The translations under genes and the position numbers were made by a program. A stretch of 64,000 nucleotides of DNA from an uncultured Clostridia bacterium (GTDB lineage: Bacteria; Bacillota; Clostridia; TANB77; CAG-508). Under the pieces are notes generated by a model. The model searched no databases and was not told the DNA's origin. It saw nothing but the letters and a program-made list of their open reading frames with translations. The stretch covers positions 161,889 to 225,888 of the forward strand of contig CAUWBF010000001.1 of assembly GCA_963557785.1 (NCBI GenBank). The letters run 5' to 3'. Of this stretch, positions 49,191 to 58,978 are shown piece by piece; position 1 is the stretch's first letter; each line of letters starts with the position of its first letter.

Positions 49191-49766
49191 ATGAACGTAG
49201 AATATTTGAAAAGTGTAAAAACTAGAAAAATAGGCAAAAAAATAGAATTTTATGAGGAAATAAATTCTACACATACATATGCAAAAGAAAATATAGATAA
49301 TTTAAATGATGGTACAGTTATTTTAGCTGATAAACAAACTGCTGGTAAAGGTACGAAAGGAAGAAAATGGTATACAGGAGCAGGCTTAAATATAGCGATG
49401 ACGATTATTCTAAAACCAAATTGTGATCTCGATAAAATATCAACTTTAACAGTTGATACAGCAGAAATAGTACGCAAAACAATAAAAGAACTTTATAATT
49501 ATGAATTAACAATAAAAAAACCAAATGATTTAATGCTAAATGGTAAGAAAATATCAGGAATTTTAACTGAAAGCAATAGTATAGGAAATAAATTAAACTA
49601 TATAATATTAAGTATGGGATTTAATGTAAACGAGGATAATTTTGATGAAGAAACATCTGATATTGCAACTTCTTTAAAAAGAGAGTATAAAAAGGAATTT
49701 ACAAGAGAAGAAATTATATTACATATAATAGAGAATTTAGATAAATATTATATTTTAAACATTTAA
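49191..49766 (+). CDS. birA: Short biotin--[acetyl-CoA-carboxylase] ligase-like protein (catalytic domain only)
   Basis: INSTHTYAKE, ADKQTAGKGTKGRKW (GRGRxGRxW-type biotin-binding loop), NDLMLNGKKISGILTE. It is only 191 aa, with no N-terminal HTH and apparently no C-terminal SH3-like domain. Confidence 0.65.
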   Translation: MNVEYLKSVKTRKIGKKIEFYEEINSTHTYAKENIDNLNDGTVILADKQTAGKGTKGRKWYTGAGLNIAMTIILKPNCDLDKISTLTVDTAEIVRKTIKELYNYELTIKKPNDLMLNGKKISGILTESNSIGNKLNYIILSMGFNVNEDNFDEETSDIATSLKREYKKEFTREEIILHIIENLDKYYILNI

Positions 49767-49905
49767 CCCAAAATAATATAAATAGCAAAATATGCATATA
49801 AAATTATAAAAACAGCAATATTAATTAATTTTACTAATTCCGCCAAAGCGGATGAATAATATGGTTAAATTAAATAAATTTGTACGTATAAGTTTTGGTG
49901 GAAAT

Positions 49906-50106
49906 ATGCATATTGAAATGAGGGTAAAAGATATTAGAAAAAGAAAAAACTTAACATTAGCGCAATTATCAGAAAGAACAGGAATATCCGTAACACATAT
50001 AAATGATGTTGAAAACGGATTAAAAGAACCAGGGCTTTCTGTATTAGTTAGGTTGTCGAGAGCTTTAGACGTACAAATAACAGAATTATATAGAGTAGTA
50101 TGGTAA
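49906..50106 (+). CDS. XRE-family helix-turn-helix transcriptional regulator (~66 aa)
   Basis: IRKRKNLTLAQLSERTGISVTHINDVENG...SVLVRLSRAL is a classic Cro/C1 HTH. The ATG at 49906 has a GGTGGA RBS; the track start at 49852 adds 18 unlikely residues. Confidence 0.8.
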   Translation: MHIEMRVKDIRKRKNLTLAQLSERTGISVTHINDVENGLKEPGLSVLVRLSRALDVQITELYRVVW

Positions 50107-50124
50107 ATAAAGGAGTTCTAAAAC

Positions 50125-50307
50125 TTGAAAAATACAATGAAAGAATATTTTGAAAAGAGCAAGGCAGAATATGAAAAATACATAATAACAAATAATAGGC
50201 GACCAACTGAGAAAGAATGGAATCAAATAGCAAAAACAGATAAGTTATTATCAAGCTTATCTATGAGATATATAGGAAATATAACATTTAAAAAAAGAAT
50301 TTTTTGA
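50125..50307 (+). CDS. 60-aa hypothetical protein translationally linked to the XRE regulator
   Basis: TTG start 9 nt after an AAGGAG that begins 5 nt after the XRE stop. A terminator overlaps its own stop. No confident family assignment. Confidence 0.45.
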   Translation: MKNTMKEYFEKSKAEYEKYIITNNRRPTEKEWNQIAKTDKLLSSLSMRYIGNITFKKRIF

Positions 50308-50325
50308 TTAAAAAATTCTTTTTTT
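50291..50325 (+). terminator. Terminator of the XRE/small-ORF pair
   Basis: AAAAAAGAATTTTT-(TGATT)-AAAAATTCTTTTTT. Confidence 0.7.
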
Positions 50326-50371
50326 ATTTTATTAATAGATATAGTTCTTAAAAACCTGTAAGTTCAATGGT

Positions 50372-50400
50372 TTGACTAAATATTTGTTATTTGATAAAAT
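50372..50400 (+). promoter_or_regulatory. SigA-type promoter of the fab/acc operon
   Basis: TTGACT, a 17-nt spacer, then TAAAAT. Confidence 0.5.
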
Positions 50401-50414
50401 TACTTAGAAGAAAA

Positions 50415-50428
50415 TCTGACCGGTCGGA
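50415..50428. promoter_or_regulatory. GC-rich palindrome (candidate operator) in the fabD leader
   Basis: TCTGACCGGTCGGA: a perfect 8-bp core GACCGGTC, with 6 of 7 arm pairs complementary. It lies about 15-30 nt downstream of the predicted -10 in otherwise AT-rich DNA. Confidence 0.4.
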
Positions 50429-50487
50429 CTAATAGAAAAAATAGGCAGATTTCTTGTATACTATATTAGTATTGTTGGAGGTTAAAT

Positions 50488-51471
50488 ATGAAAATAGCAT
50501 TTATGTTCCCAGGTCAAGGGGCTCAAAGCATTGGAATGGGAAAAGATTTATATGAAAATTATGAAGAAGTAAGAAAAATTTTTAATAAAGCATCAGAAAT
50601 AACAAATATTGATATAGCAACTTTATGTTTTAACGGAATAAAGAGAGAATATAATCCAAATGAAGAATTACTAGATTCTAACCAAATAGCTGAGGATTTA
50701 AATAAAACAGAAAACACTCAAATAGCTATAGCTACTATGAGCTTAGCAATATTAGAAATATTAAAAAAAGAAAATATAAGTGCAGAATTAGCTGTTGGAT
50801 TAAGTTTAGGAGAATATCCAGCATTAATATATGCAGGATATTTAGAATTTGAAGATGGAATTAAACTATTAAAGCAAAGAGGATATTTAATGGGAAATAA
50901 AGTTCCAAAAGATGATTATTCAATGGCAGCAGTAATAGGACTAGAAAGCAATAAAATAGAAGAAATTTGTAAAAAACTACAAGAAGAAAACTTATTTGTA
51001 GTACCTGCAAACTATAATTACTCTAATCAAACTGTAATATCTGGAACTTTAATGGCAATAGATAAAGCAATGGACATCCTAAAAGAAGCAGGAGCTAAAA
51101 AAGTTATAAAGCTACAAACAAGTGGACCATTCCATACATCAAAACTAAATGATGCAAAATTAGAATACTCAAAAGAACTAGATAAAGTATCATTTAAACA
51201 AGGAAAAATTGATGTAATAAAAAATATTGATGGAACTGTATATAGTAAAGAAGATGATATCAAAGAAATATTAGCAAATCATATAATAAGTCCAGTAAGA
51301 TTTGATAAAGCAATTAGTCTAATGCAAGATAAAGGAATAGATACTTTTATAGAAGTTGGACCTGGTAAAGCATTATCAGGATTTGTAAAAAAAGAATTAT
51401 CAGATGTTAAGGTACTTAATATATCTGATTGTGAAACTTTAGAAAAAACATTAAACGAGCTTAAAGCTTAA
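50488..51471 (+). CDS. fabD: Malonyl-CoA:ACP transacylase
   Basis: FMFPGQGAQ, active-site GLSLGEY, and the SGPFHT region. Confidence 0.93.
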   Translation: MKIAFMFPGQGAQSIGMGKDLYENYEEVRKIFNKASEITNIDIATLCFNGIKREYNPNEELLDSNQIAEDLNKTENTQIAIATMSLAILEILKKENISAELAVGLSLGEYPALIYAGYLEFEDGIKLLKQRGYLMGNKVPKDDYSMAAVIGLESNKIEEICKKLQEENLFVVPANYNYSNQTVISGTLMAIDKAMDILKEAGAKKVIKLQTSGPFHTSKLNDAKLEYSKELDKVSFKQGKIDVIKNIDGTVYSKEDDIKEILANHIISPVRFDKAISLMQDKGIDTFIEVGPGKALSGFVKKELSDVKVLNISDCETLEKTLNELKA

Positions 51472-51494
51472 AAAATAAAAGGAGATTATTTAAT

Positions 51495-52238
51495 ATGGAA
51501 AATAATAAACCAGTTGCCCTTATAACAGGTGGTTCAAGAGGAATCGGAAAAGCAATAGCAATGAAATTTGCAAAAGAAGGTTATGATGTAGTCATTAATT
51601 ATGTTTCTAGTAATACAGATACTGAGGCACTTAAAAGCGAATTTGAAACTTTAGGTGCAAAAACATTATTTATAAAAACAGATGTAACAAATTTTGAAGA
51701 TTGCGAAAATATGGTTAAAGTAGCTATTGAAGAATTTGGAAGAATAGATGTATTAGTAAATAATGCAGGAATAACTAAAGATAATCTATTAATGAGAATG
51801 AAAGAAGAAGAATTCGATAAAGTTATTTCAATAAATTTAAAAGGAACTTTTAATGTAACAAAAGCAGTAGTACCATATATGATGAAAAAAAGAGAAGGAA
51901 GAATTGTAAATATATCATCAGTAGTAGGAGTTTCAGGAAATGCTGGACAATCAAATTATGCAGCTTCAAAAGCAGGTATAATTGGATTTACAAAAAGTGT
52001 GGCTAGAGAATTGGCATCAAGAAACATATTGTCAAATGCAATAGCACCAGGATTTATTGCAACAGATATGACATCTGTATTAAATGATTCTGTTAAAGAA
52101 AATATTAATAATCAAATTCCACTAAAAAGAATGGGATCTGCAGAAGAAGTTGCAGAAGTAGTATACTTTTTAGGCGGAAAGAATAATACATATATAACAG
52201 GCCAAGTATTAAATGTAGATGGCGGAATGATAATGTAA
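51495..52238 (+). CDS. fabG: 3-oxoacyl-ACP reductase
   Basis: TGGSRGIGKAIA, NNAGIT, the S...YAASKAG catalytic triad, and a VDGGMIM end. Confidence 0.95.
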   Translation: MENNKPVALITGGSRGIGKAIAMKFAKEGYDVVINYVSSNTDTEALKSEFETLGAKTLFIKTDVTNFEDCENMVKVAIEEFGRIDVLVNNAGITKDNLLMRMKEEEFDKVISINLKGTFNVTKAVVPYMMKKREGRIVNISSVVGVSGNAGQSNYAASKAGIIGFTKSVARELASRNILSNAIAPGFIATDMTSVLNDSVKENINNQIPLKRMGSAEEVAEVVYFLGGKNNTYITGQVLNVDGGMIM

Positions 52239-52262
52239 TTTAAGGAAGGATGAATAAAACAA

Positions 52263-53504
52263 ATGGAAAGAAGAGTAGTTGTAACAGGTATAGGAGCTAT
52301 TACACCAATAGGAAATACAGCAGATGAATTTTGGAAAGGTATTAAAGAAGGAAAATGTGGTATAGATGAAATTACAGAATTTGATACTACAGATTTTAAA
52401 GTAAAGCTAGCTGCAGAAGTAAAAAATTTAAATTTAGAAGAACATTTTGATAGAAAAGAAATAAAGAGAATGGATAAATATTCTCATTTAGCAATAATTG
52501 CTGCAAGAGAAGCTATGAAAGATAGCGGAATTAATAGCGAAAACACAGATATGGATAGAGTAGGAATAGTAGTAAGTTCAGGAATTGGAGGATTAGCTAC
52601 TATAGAAACAGCAAATAAAGCTTATGTAGAAAAAGGAGCAGACAAGGTACCCCCAATGTATATTCCAATGGGAATTGTTAATATGGCTTCAGGAAATATT
52701 TCAATAGATTTAGGAGCAAAAGGTGAATCAGTATCTATGGTAACAGCTTGTGCAAGTGGTACACATTCTATAGGAAATGCATATAGAATGATAAAACATG
52801 GATATGAAGATGCCGTAATAGCAGGAGGAACAGAAAGCTCTATAACACCAACAGGTGTAGCAGGATTTATGAATATGAAAGCTTTAACACAAGCTACAGA
52901 TAAAAACAGAGCAAGTATACCATTCGACAAAGAAAGAAGTGGATTTGTAATGGGAGAAGGTTCTGGAGTTATTATATTAGAAGAATTAGAACATGCTAAA
53001 AATAGGGGAGCTAAAATATATGCAGAAGTAGTAGGATATGGAGCTTCTTCTGATTCTTATCATATAACATCACCAGCGCCAGAAGGAGAAGGAGCTGCAA
53101 AAGCTATAACAAAAGCAATTAAAGATGCAAATATAAAACCAGAAGATATAACATATATAAATGCTCATGGAACTTCAACACATTTAAATGATTCTTGCGA
53201 AACAATGGCAATAAAAAAAGCATTTGGAGAAGAAGCAAGTAAAAAGGTTATGGTTAGTTCAACAAAAGGAAATACAGGACATTTATTAGGAGCAGCTGGA
53301 GGAGTAGAAGCAATCGCATGTATCAAAGCAATTCAAGATAATTTTGTACCACCTACAATAAACTATAAAGTACCAGATGAAGAATGCGATTTAGACATTG
53401 TACCAAATGTTGGTAGAAACGTAGAAGTAAAATATGCAATGTCTAATTCATTAGGATTTGGTGGTCATAATAGTTCAATAATATTTAAAAAATATGAAGG
53501 ATAA
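52263..53504 (+). CDS. fabF: 3-oxoacyl-ACP synthase II
   Basis: RRVVVTGIG, active-site ACASG, HGTST, and GHLLGAAG. Confidence 0.96.
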   Translation: MERRVVVTGIGAITPIGNTADEFWKGIKEGKCGIDEITEFDTTDFKVKLAAEVKNLNLEEHFDRKEIKRMDKYSHLAIIAAREAMKDSGINSENTDMDRVGIVVSSGIGGLATIETANKAYVEKGADKVPPMYIPMGIVNMASGNISIDLGAKGESVSMVTACASGTHSIGNAYRMIKHGYEDAVIAGGTESSITPTGVAGFMNMKALTQATDKNRASIPFDKERSGFVMGEGSGVIILEELEHAKNRGAKIYAEVVGYGASSDSYHITSPAPEGEGAAKAITKAIKDANIKPEDITYINAHGTSTHLNDSCETMAIKKAFGEEASKKVMVSSTKGNTGHLLGAAGGVEAIACIKAIQDNFVPPTINYKVPDEECDLDIVPNVGRNVEVKYAMSNSLGFGGHNSSIIFKKYEG

Positions 53505-53522
53505 TATAAAGGAGAAAAAATA

Positions 53523-53969
53523 ATGGAATATCAAGAATTAAAAAAGATTATTAAAGATATGGAAAATTTTAAATTAGATAGTGTTAAAATTGAATTTCCA
53601 GATGGAACAAAAATTAGTATGAAAAAAAACCAAAATAATAATGTAGTTTATGCTCCAAGAGAAACTGCTACACAAGTTAGCATAAATAATAGCAATGAAA
53701 ACACAGCAGTACAATCTAAGGAAAAAGAAGAAGATTTTAAAGTAGTAAAATCACCAATGGTTGGAACTTTTTATTCTAGTCCATCACCTAAAGACGCACC
53801 TTTTGTAAAAAAAGGTGATAAAGTAAGAAAAGGTGATGTACTTTGTGTTGTAGAAGCTATGAAACTTATGAATGAAATTGAATCAGAATTTGATGGAGAA
53901 ATAGTAGAAGTTTGCGTAGCAAATGAAGATATGGTTGACTTTGGAACACCATTATTTAAGATTAAATAA
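53523..53969 (+). CDS. accB: Biotin carboxyl carrier protein of acetyl-CoA carboxylase
   Basis: SPMVGTFY...[12 protein letters not shown] biotinyl-lysine motif. Confidence 0.95.
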   Translation: MEYQELKKIIKDMENFKLDSVKIEFPDGTKISMKKNQNNNVVYAPRETATQVSINNSNENTAVQSKEKEEDFKVVKSPMVGTFYSSPSPKDAPFVKKGDKVRKGDVLCVVEAMKLMNEIESEFDGEIVEVCVANEDMVDFGTPLFKIK

Positions 53970-53986
53970 TAAAAGGAGTTTTTAAT

Positions 53987-54409
53987 ATGTTAGATATAAA
54001 TCAAATTATGGAAATAATTCCTCAAAGACCACCATTTTTAATGATTGATAAGGTAGAAGAATTAGTACCAGGAGAATCTTGTACTGCATATAAGAATGTT
54101 TGTATAAACGAACCACATTTTCAAGGACATTTTCCAGGTAATCCAATAATGCCAGGAGTTTTAACAATTGAAGCACTAGCCCAAACAGGTGCAGTTGCCA
54201 TTCTATCTTTAGAAGAAAATAAAGGAAGAAATGCACTATTTGGAGGAGTTGATAAATTACGCTTTAAAAGACAAGTAATTCCAGGTGATGTATTAAAATT
54301 AGAGGTTAAAATTATAAAGAGAAAAGGACCAATAGGAGTAGGTGAAGCTATTGCTACAGTTAATGGAGAAGTAGCAGTAAAAGGTGAACTTACTTTTGCT
54401 ATTGTATAA
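53987..54409 (+). CDS. fabZ: 3-hydroxyacyl-ACP dehydratase
   Basis: [26 protein letters not shown]. Confidence 0.96.
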   Translation: MLDINQIMEIIPQRPPFLMIDKVEELVPGESCTAYKNVCINEPHFQGHFPGNPIMPGVLTIEALAQTGAVAILSLEENKGRNALFGGVDKLRFKRQVIPGDVLKLEVKIIKRKGPIGVGEAIATVNGEVAVKGELTFAIV

Positions 54410-54422
54410 TAAGGAGATAAAA

Positions 54423-55766
54423 ATGTTAAATAAAATATTAGTAGCTAATCGTGGCGAGATTGCTGTTAGAATTATACGTGCATGCAGAGAAATGGGAATT
54501 AGAACTGTTGCTGTATATTCAGAAGCAGATAAATATTCATTACATAAAGAATTAGCTGATGAAGCTGTGTGTATAGGACCAGCTCCATCAAATAAAAGCT
54601 ATTTAAATATAAAATCTATAATAGAAGCAGCATGCTTAACTGGTTGTGATAGTATTCATCCAGGATTTGGATTCTTATCAGAAAATAGTCATTTTGCTAA
54701 AATTTGTGAAGAAACAGGAATAAAATTTATAGGGCCATCTTATCTATTAATAGATTTGATGGGAAATAAATCTAAAGCAAAAGAAACAATGAAGAAAGCT
54801 GGTGTACCAGTAGTACCTGGGTCAGATGGATTAATTCATTCATCTTTAGAAGCAGCTAAAATTGCACAAAAAATTAAATATCCAGTTATATTAAAAGCGT
54901 CAGCAGGTGGTGGAGGAAGAGGTATTCGTATTGCATATAATGAAGAAGAACTTCTAAAATCATATGAAATAGTAAAACAAGAAGCTAAAGTATCTTTTAA
55001 TGATGACAGTATTTACATGGAAAAATTTATAGAAAACCCAAGACATGTCGAGATTCAAATATTAGCAGATGAATTTGGAAACGCAGTTCACTTAGGAGAA
55101 AGAGATTGTTCTGTTCAAAGAAAAAATCAAAAAATTCTGGAAGAAACACCTTCAGAAGCCATAGATGATAAATTAAGACAAAAAATGGGAGAAGTAGCAG
55201 TTAAAGCAGTTAAAGATATTGGATATGCAAATGCTGGAACAATAGAATTTTTAGTAGATAAAAATAAAGATTTCTATTTTATGGAAATGAATACAAGAAT
55301 TCAAGTAGAACATCCTGTAACTGAAATGGTAACAGGTATGGACTTAATAAAAGAGCAAATAAAAATTGCATCAGGTGAAAGATTAGAATATAGTCAAGAA
55401 GACATAAAATTTACAGGGCACAGCTTAGAAGCTAGAATTAATGCTGAAAATCCAGATAAGAACTTTATGCCTTGCCCAGGAGTTATAAATGAAATTCATA
55501 TACCAGGAGGAAACGGCATAAGAGTAGATACAGCAGCATATACAGGATATAAAGTGCCTCAAAACTATGATTCGATGGTAGCAAAAGTAATTGTACATGG
55601 CAAAGATAGAAAAGAATCAATTGCTAAAATGAGAAGTGCTTTAGCTGAATTAGTAATAGACGGGATAGATACTAACAGGGATTTCTTATTAAAAATATTA
55701 GAAAATGAAAACTTTAAAAATAATAATTATGATACATCCTTTATAGCAAAAGAGTTTGGACTATAA
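54423..55766 (+). CDS. accC: Acetyl-CoA carboxylase biotin carboxylase subunit
   Basis: [44 protein letters not shown] at 54423 with an AAGGAG RBS. Confidence 0.97.
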   Translation: MLNKILVANRGEIAVRIIRACREMGIRTVAVYSEADKYSLHKELADEAVCIGPAPSNKSYLNIKSIIEAACLTGCDSIHPGFGFLSENSHFAKICEETGIKFIGPSYLLIDLMGNKSKAKETMKKAGVPVVPGSDGLIHSSLEAAKIAQKIKYPVILKASAGGGGRGIRIAYNEEELLKSYEIVKQEAKVSFNDDSIYMEKFIENPRHVEIQILADEFGNAVHLGERDCSVQRKNQKILEETPSEAIDDKLRQKMGEVAVKAVKDIGYANAGTIEFLVDKNKDFYFMEMNTRIQVEHPVTEMVTGMDLIKEQIKIASGERLEYSQEDIKFTGHSLEARINAENPDKNFMPCPGVINEIHIPGGNGIRVDTAAYTGYKVPQNYDSMVAKVIVHGKDRKESIAKMRSALAELVIDGIDTNRDFLLKILENENFKNNNYDTSFIAKEFGL

Positions 55767-55786
55767 TTATAGGAGGAAGTAAAAAA

Positions 55787-56623
55787 ATGATTATAGATAA
55801 AATAAAAAAATTAAATGAGCCAGAATCTATAAAAGTTGGAACAGCTGACATCCTTGTTGGAAAATGGGTTAAATGTGACGCTTGCAAAGAAATTTTATAT
55901 AAAGATGAGGTACATAAAAATTTAAGTGTATGTCCAAATTGTGGTAAACATTTTAGAATATCTGCTAGACGTAGAATTAGTCAAATTGTAGATGAAGGTA
56001 CTTTTAAAGAAATAAATGAAAATATGCAAACTACAGATCCATTAAATTTTGAAGGATATACCAAGAAACTAGAAACTTTACAAGAAAAAACAAAAATAAA
56101 TGAGGCTGTAAAAACTGGATTTGGAGAGATTAATGGAAATAAAGTAGTACTAGCAGTAATGGATGGAAATTTTATGATGGGAAGTATGGGAAGTGTTGTT
56201 GGAGAAAAAATAACTCTAGCAATAGAAGAGGCAATAAGACATAGATTACCATTTGTAGCTTTCTGTGTTTCAGGAGGAGCTAGAATGCAAGAAGGAATTA
56301 TATCATTAATGCAAATGGCTAAAACATCAGCAGCACTTTCTAAACTAAATGAAGAAGGATTATTATATATATCAGTGTTAACTGATCCAACTACAGGTGG
56401 AGTTACAGCAAGTTTTGCAATGCTTGGAGATATAATTATAGCAGAACCTAAAGCACTAATAGGATTTGCGGGTCCAAGAGTAATTGAGCAAACTATAAAA
56501 CAAAAATTGCCAGAAGGTTTCCAAAAATCAGAATTCCTATTAGAACATGGTTTTATAGATATGATTGTAGAAAGAAAGAATATGAAAGATACAATTGCAA
56601 AATTGATTTCACTTCACAAGTAA
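55787..56623 (+). CDS. accD: Acetyl-CoA carboxylase carboxyltransferase beta subunit
   Basis: N-terminal C-x2-C-x15-C-x2-C zinc finger (CDACKE...CPNCGKH); GGARMQEG. Confidence 0.95.
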   Translation: MIIDKIKKLNEPESIKVGTADILVGKWVKCDACKEILYKDEVHKNLSVCPNCGKHFRISARRRISQIVDEGTFKEINENMQTTDPLNFEGYTKKLETLQEKTKINEAVKTGFGEINGNKVVLAVMDGNFMMGSMGSVVGEKITLAIEEAIRHRLPFVAFCVSGGARMQEGIISLMQMAKTSAALSKLNEEGLLYISVLTDPTTGGVTASFAMLGDIIIAEPKALIGFAGPRVIEQTIKQKLPEGFQKSEFLLEHGFIDMIVERKNMKDTIAKLISLHK

Positions 56624-56636
56624 GGAGGAAAATAAA

Positions 56637-57455
56637 GTGACTAAAAAATTATCTGCATGGGATAGAGTTGTTTTAGCGAGAAGAGCTGATAGACCTAAAG
56701 CATTAGATTATATAAACGATATATTTGATGAATTTATAGAGCTTCATGGAGATAGAGAATTCGGAGATGATAAATCTATTGTTGGAGGTATAGCAACTCT
56801 AAAAGGAAAAGTTGTAACAGTAATTGGACAACAAAAGGGAAAAACGACCAAAGAAAACATGGAAAGAAACTTTGGTATGACAAATCCAGAAGGATACAGA
56901 AAAGCACTAAGACTTATGAAACAAGCAGAAAAATTTAATAGACCCATAATAACATTCATAGATACTCCAGGAGCTTATCCAGGGATAGGAGCAGAAGAAA
57001 GAGGTCAAGGAGAAGCAATTGCAAGAAATATGTATGAAATGGCTAGATTAAAGGTGCCTATTATTGCAATAGTAATAGGAGAAGGTTCTAGTGGTGGTGC
57101 TCTTGCTTTATGCGTATCAGATAAAATATTAATGCTAGAAAATTCTGTATATTCAATATTATCACCAGAAGGGTTTGCAAGTATCCTATATAAAGATTCT
57201 TCAAAAAATGAAGAAGCAGCAGAAAAAATGCGAATTACAGCAAAAGACCTAAAGGAATTAAATATAATAGATGAAATTATAAAAGAACCTGGAGAGGGTG
57301 CACACGAGTCTAGAGAAAAGGTTTCAAACAGTATTAAAAAAGCTCTTTTAAAATATTTAGAAGAACTACAAAACATAGATACTAACCTATTAATTGAAAA
57401 TAGATATGAAAAATTTAGAAAAATGGGAGAAGTACAAATTAAGGAGGAAAATTAA
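56637..57455 (+). CDS. accA: Acetyl-CoA carboxylase carboxyltransferase alpha subunit
   Basis: [37 protein letters not shown] start. Confidence 0.95.
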   Translation: MTKKLSAWDRVVLARRADRPKALDYINDIFDEFIELHGDREFGDDKSIVGGIATLKGKVVTVIGQQKGKTTKENMERNFGMTNPEGYRKALRLMKQAEKFNRPIITFIDTPGAYPGIGAEERGQGEAIARNMYEMARLKVPIIAIVIGEGSSGGALALCVSDKILMLENSVYSILSPEGFASILYKDSSKNEEAAEKMRITAKDLKELNIIDEIIKEPGEGAHESREKVSNSIKKALLKYLEELQNIDTNLLIENRYEKFRKMGEVQIKEEN

Positions 57456-57456
57456 A

Positions 57457-58227
57457 ATGATATTAGAAGGTAAAAAAGTAGTTATAATGGGAATTAGAAA
57501 CAAATGGAGTATAGCTTGGGGAGCAGCAAAATCAGCATATGAACAAGGAGCACAAGTAATTTTTACACATAATGCAGCAGAAGCAGAAGATAAAGTTCAA
57601 GCTTTAATTTCTGAAATACCAGGTTCAAAATCTTTCCCTTGCGATGCAGGATCAGATGAAAGCATAAAAGAATGTTTAGAAAAAATTAAAGCAGAATATG
57701 GAAAAGTAGATGGAATATTACATAGTATAGCTCATGCTTTCACAGATGACCTAAGAAACGATTTTATATACACATCTAGAGAGGGATATGCTCATGCATG
57801 TGATATAAGTGCATATTCTTTTGTAGCAACAGCTAGAATAGCAAAAGAATTAGATATGTTAAATGAAGGAGCAAGTTTAGTTACATTTACATATTTTGGT
57901 TCAGAAAAAGTAATGGAAGGATATAATGTAATGGGAGTTGCAAAAGCAGCTTTAGAGACAAGTATAAAATACTTAGCAAAAGATTTAGGAAAAGATGGAT
58001 GCAGAGTAAATGCAGTATCAGCTGGACCTATAAAAACTTTATCAGCTAAAGGAATTAAAGACTTTGGTTCTATATTAGATGTTGTTGAACAAAGAGCACC
58101 ATTACATGCAAATGTTACTACAAAACAAGTTGGAGATGTAACAGCATTCTTATTTAGTGATTTATCTTCAGCTGTAACAGGAGAAGTTATACATGCTGAT
58201 AATGGATTTAATGTAACAGGTGTATAA
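57457..58227 (+). CDS. fabI: Enoyl-ACP reductase FabI
   Basis: LEGKKVVIMGIRNKWSIAWGAA, Y-x6-K (YNVMGVAKAA), VSAGPIKT. The ATG lies 1 nt after the accA stop; the track start at 57394 overlaps accA. Confidence 0.9.
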   Translation: MILEGKKVVIMGIRNKWSIAWGAAKSAYEQGAQVIFTHNAAEAEDKVQALISEIPGSKSFPCDAGSDESIKECLEKIKAEYGKVDGILHSIAHAFTDDLRNDFIYTSREGYAHACDISAYSFVATARIAKELDMLNEGASLVTFTYFGSEKVMEGYNVMGVAKAALETSIKYLAKDLGKDGCRVNAVSAGPIKTLSAKGIKDFGSILDVVEQRAPLHANVTTKQVGDVTAFLFSDLSSAVTGEVIHADNGFNVTGV

Positions 58228-58254
58228 AAATATAAAATAAATTACAAAAATATA

Positions 58255-58284
58255 TTGACAATCATAATTAAATTATGCTAATAT
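58255..58284 (+). promoter_or_regulatory. SigA-type promoter of tRNA-Leu
   Basis: TTGACA, an 18-nt spacer, then TAATAT with TG (TGCTAATAT). Confidence 0.55.
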
Positions 58285-58303
58285 TAAGATTGTCAGTAGA
58301 TAT

Positions 58304-58387
58304 GCGGATGTGGCGGAACTGGCAGACGCGCTGGTCTTAGGAACCAGTGCCAACGGCGTGGAGGTTCGAGTCCTCTCATCCGCACCA
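58304..58387 (+). tRNA. tRNA-Leu (anticodon UAG), class II with a long variable arm and encoded CCA
   Basis: Acceptor GCGGATG/CATCCGC, anticodon stem CTGGT/ACCAG with loop CTTAGGA, T-loop GGTTCGAGTCC, and 3' ACCA. Confidence 0.93.
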
Positions 58388-58420
58388 AAAAACACAAAAT
58401 ATTTAATTTTGTGTTTTTTT
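58388..58420 (+). terminator. Terminator after tRNA-Leu
   Basis: AAAACACAAAAT-(ATTTA)-ATTTTGTGTTTT followed by a T run. Confidence 0.75.
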
Positions 58421-58513
58421 ATTGCTTTTAAATTTTACTTATGTAGTCATTTTTGATTTTAATTAAGATTTATGGTATAATATAAATATTAAACTTGAAA
58501 GGAAGGTATTACT

Positions 58514-58978
58514 ATGAATCATCTAGTACGGTTAACAGCAAGTAACTATCGGGATTATAGACGTAGTCTAACAAAAGTGGAGTATAGTTTTACTAAAAGA
58601 GGTTCACAAAATTTGGTAGATGCGCATTTGGTTGCACAAATTTCTCAAAGTAGCATTCTTGGCAAAGGAGATTTTCTTGATGAAATAGAAAAGCCAAATA
58701 CAGCAATGTATGTATACAAAAATGATGCTGAAGAGAATATCGGTATCGCCATCTTAACTTTTTCAAAAAGAACATGCAATATTCATGATTTTGCAGTTTT
58801 TGAAAAAGGAAAAGGATTAGGTACAGAGCTGTATAAGCAAATCAAGGAAGTTATTACTGAAAAAGGATGTAAAGAAGTAACCCTATGGTGCCCTTTTGAA
58901 GGTGCACAGGAATTTTGGAAAGCAATGGATTTTTTTGAAATCCCGAAACAGCAATTTTGTTTTAAGAGTTTTTTATAG
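58514..58978 (+). CDS. GNAT-family N-acetyltransferase
   Basis: IGIAILTF....IHDFAVFEKGKGLGTELYKQI (motif A, Q/R-x-x-G-x-G/A type) followed by a CPFEGAQEFWKAMDF helix. Codon usage is atypical (CGG, CGT). Confidence 0.7.
   Translation: MNHLVRLTASNYRDYRRSLTKVEYSFTKRGSQNLVDAHLVAQISQSSILGKGDFLDEIEKPNTAMYVYKNDAEENIGIAILTFSKRTCNIHDFAVFEKGKGLGTELYKQIKEVITEKGCKEVTLWCPFEGAQEFWKAMDFFEIPKQQFCFKSFL

Noticed and set aside
49839-49852. Small hairpin TCCGC-CAAA-GCGGA upstream of the XRE gene
   Set aside because: A 5-bp stem with no T-tract is too short to call as a terminator or operator. It is noted only as a local G/C blip.
50357-50377. AGTTCAATGGTTTGACT considered as a FabT-type operator upstream of the fab operon
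   Set aside because: Only 5 of 7 arm positions are complementary, and the right half is simply the -35 hexamer. It does not match the FabT palindrome as I recall it well enough to call.
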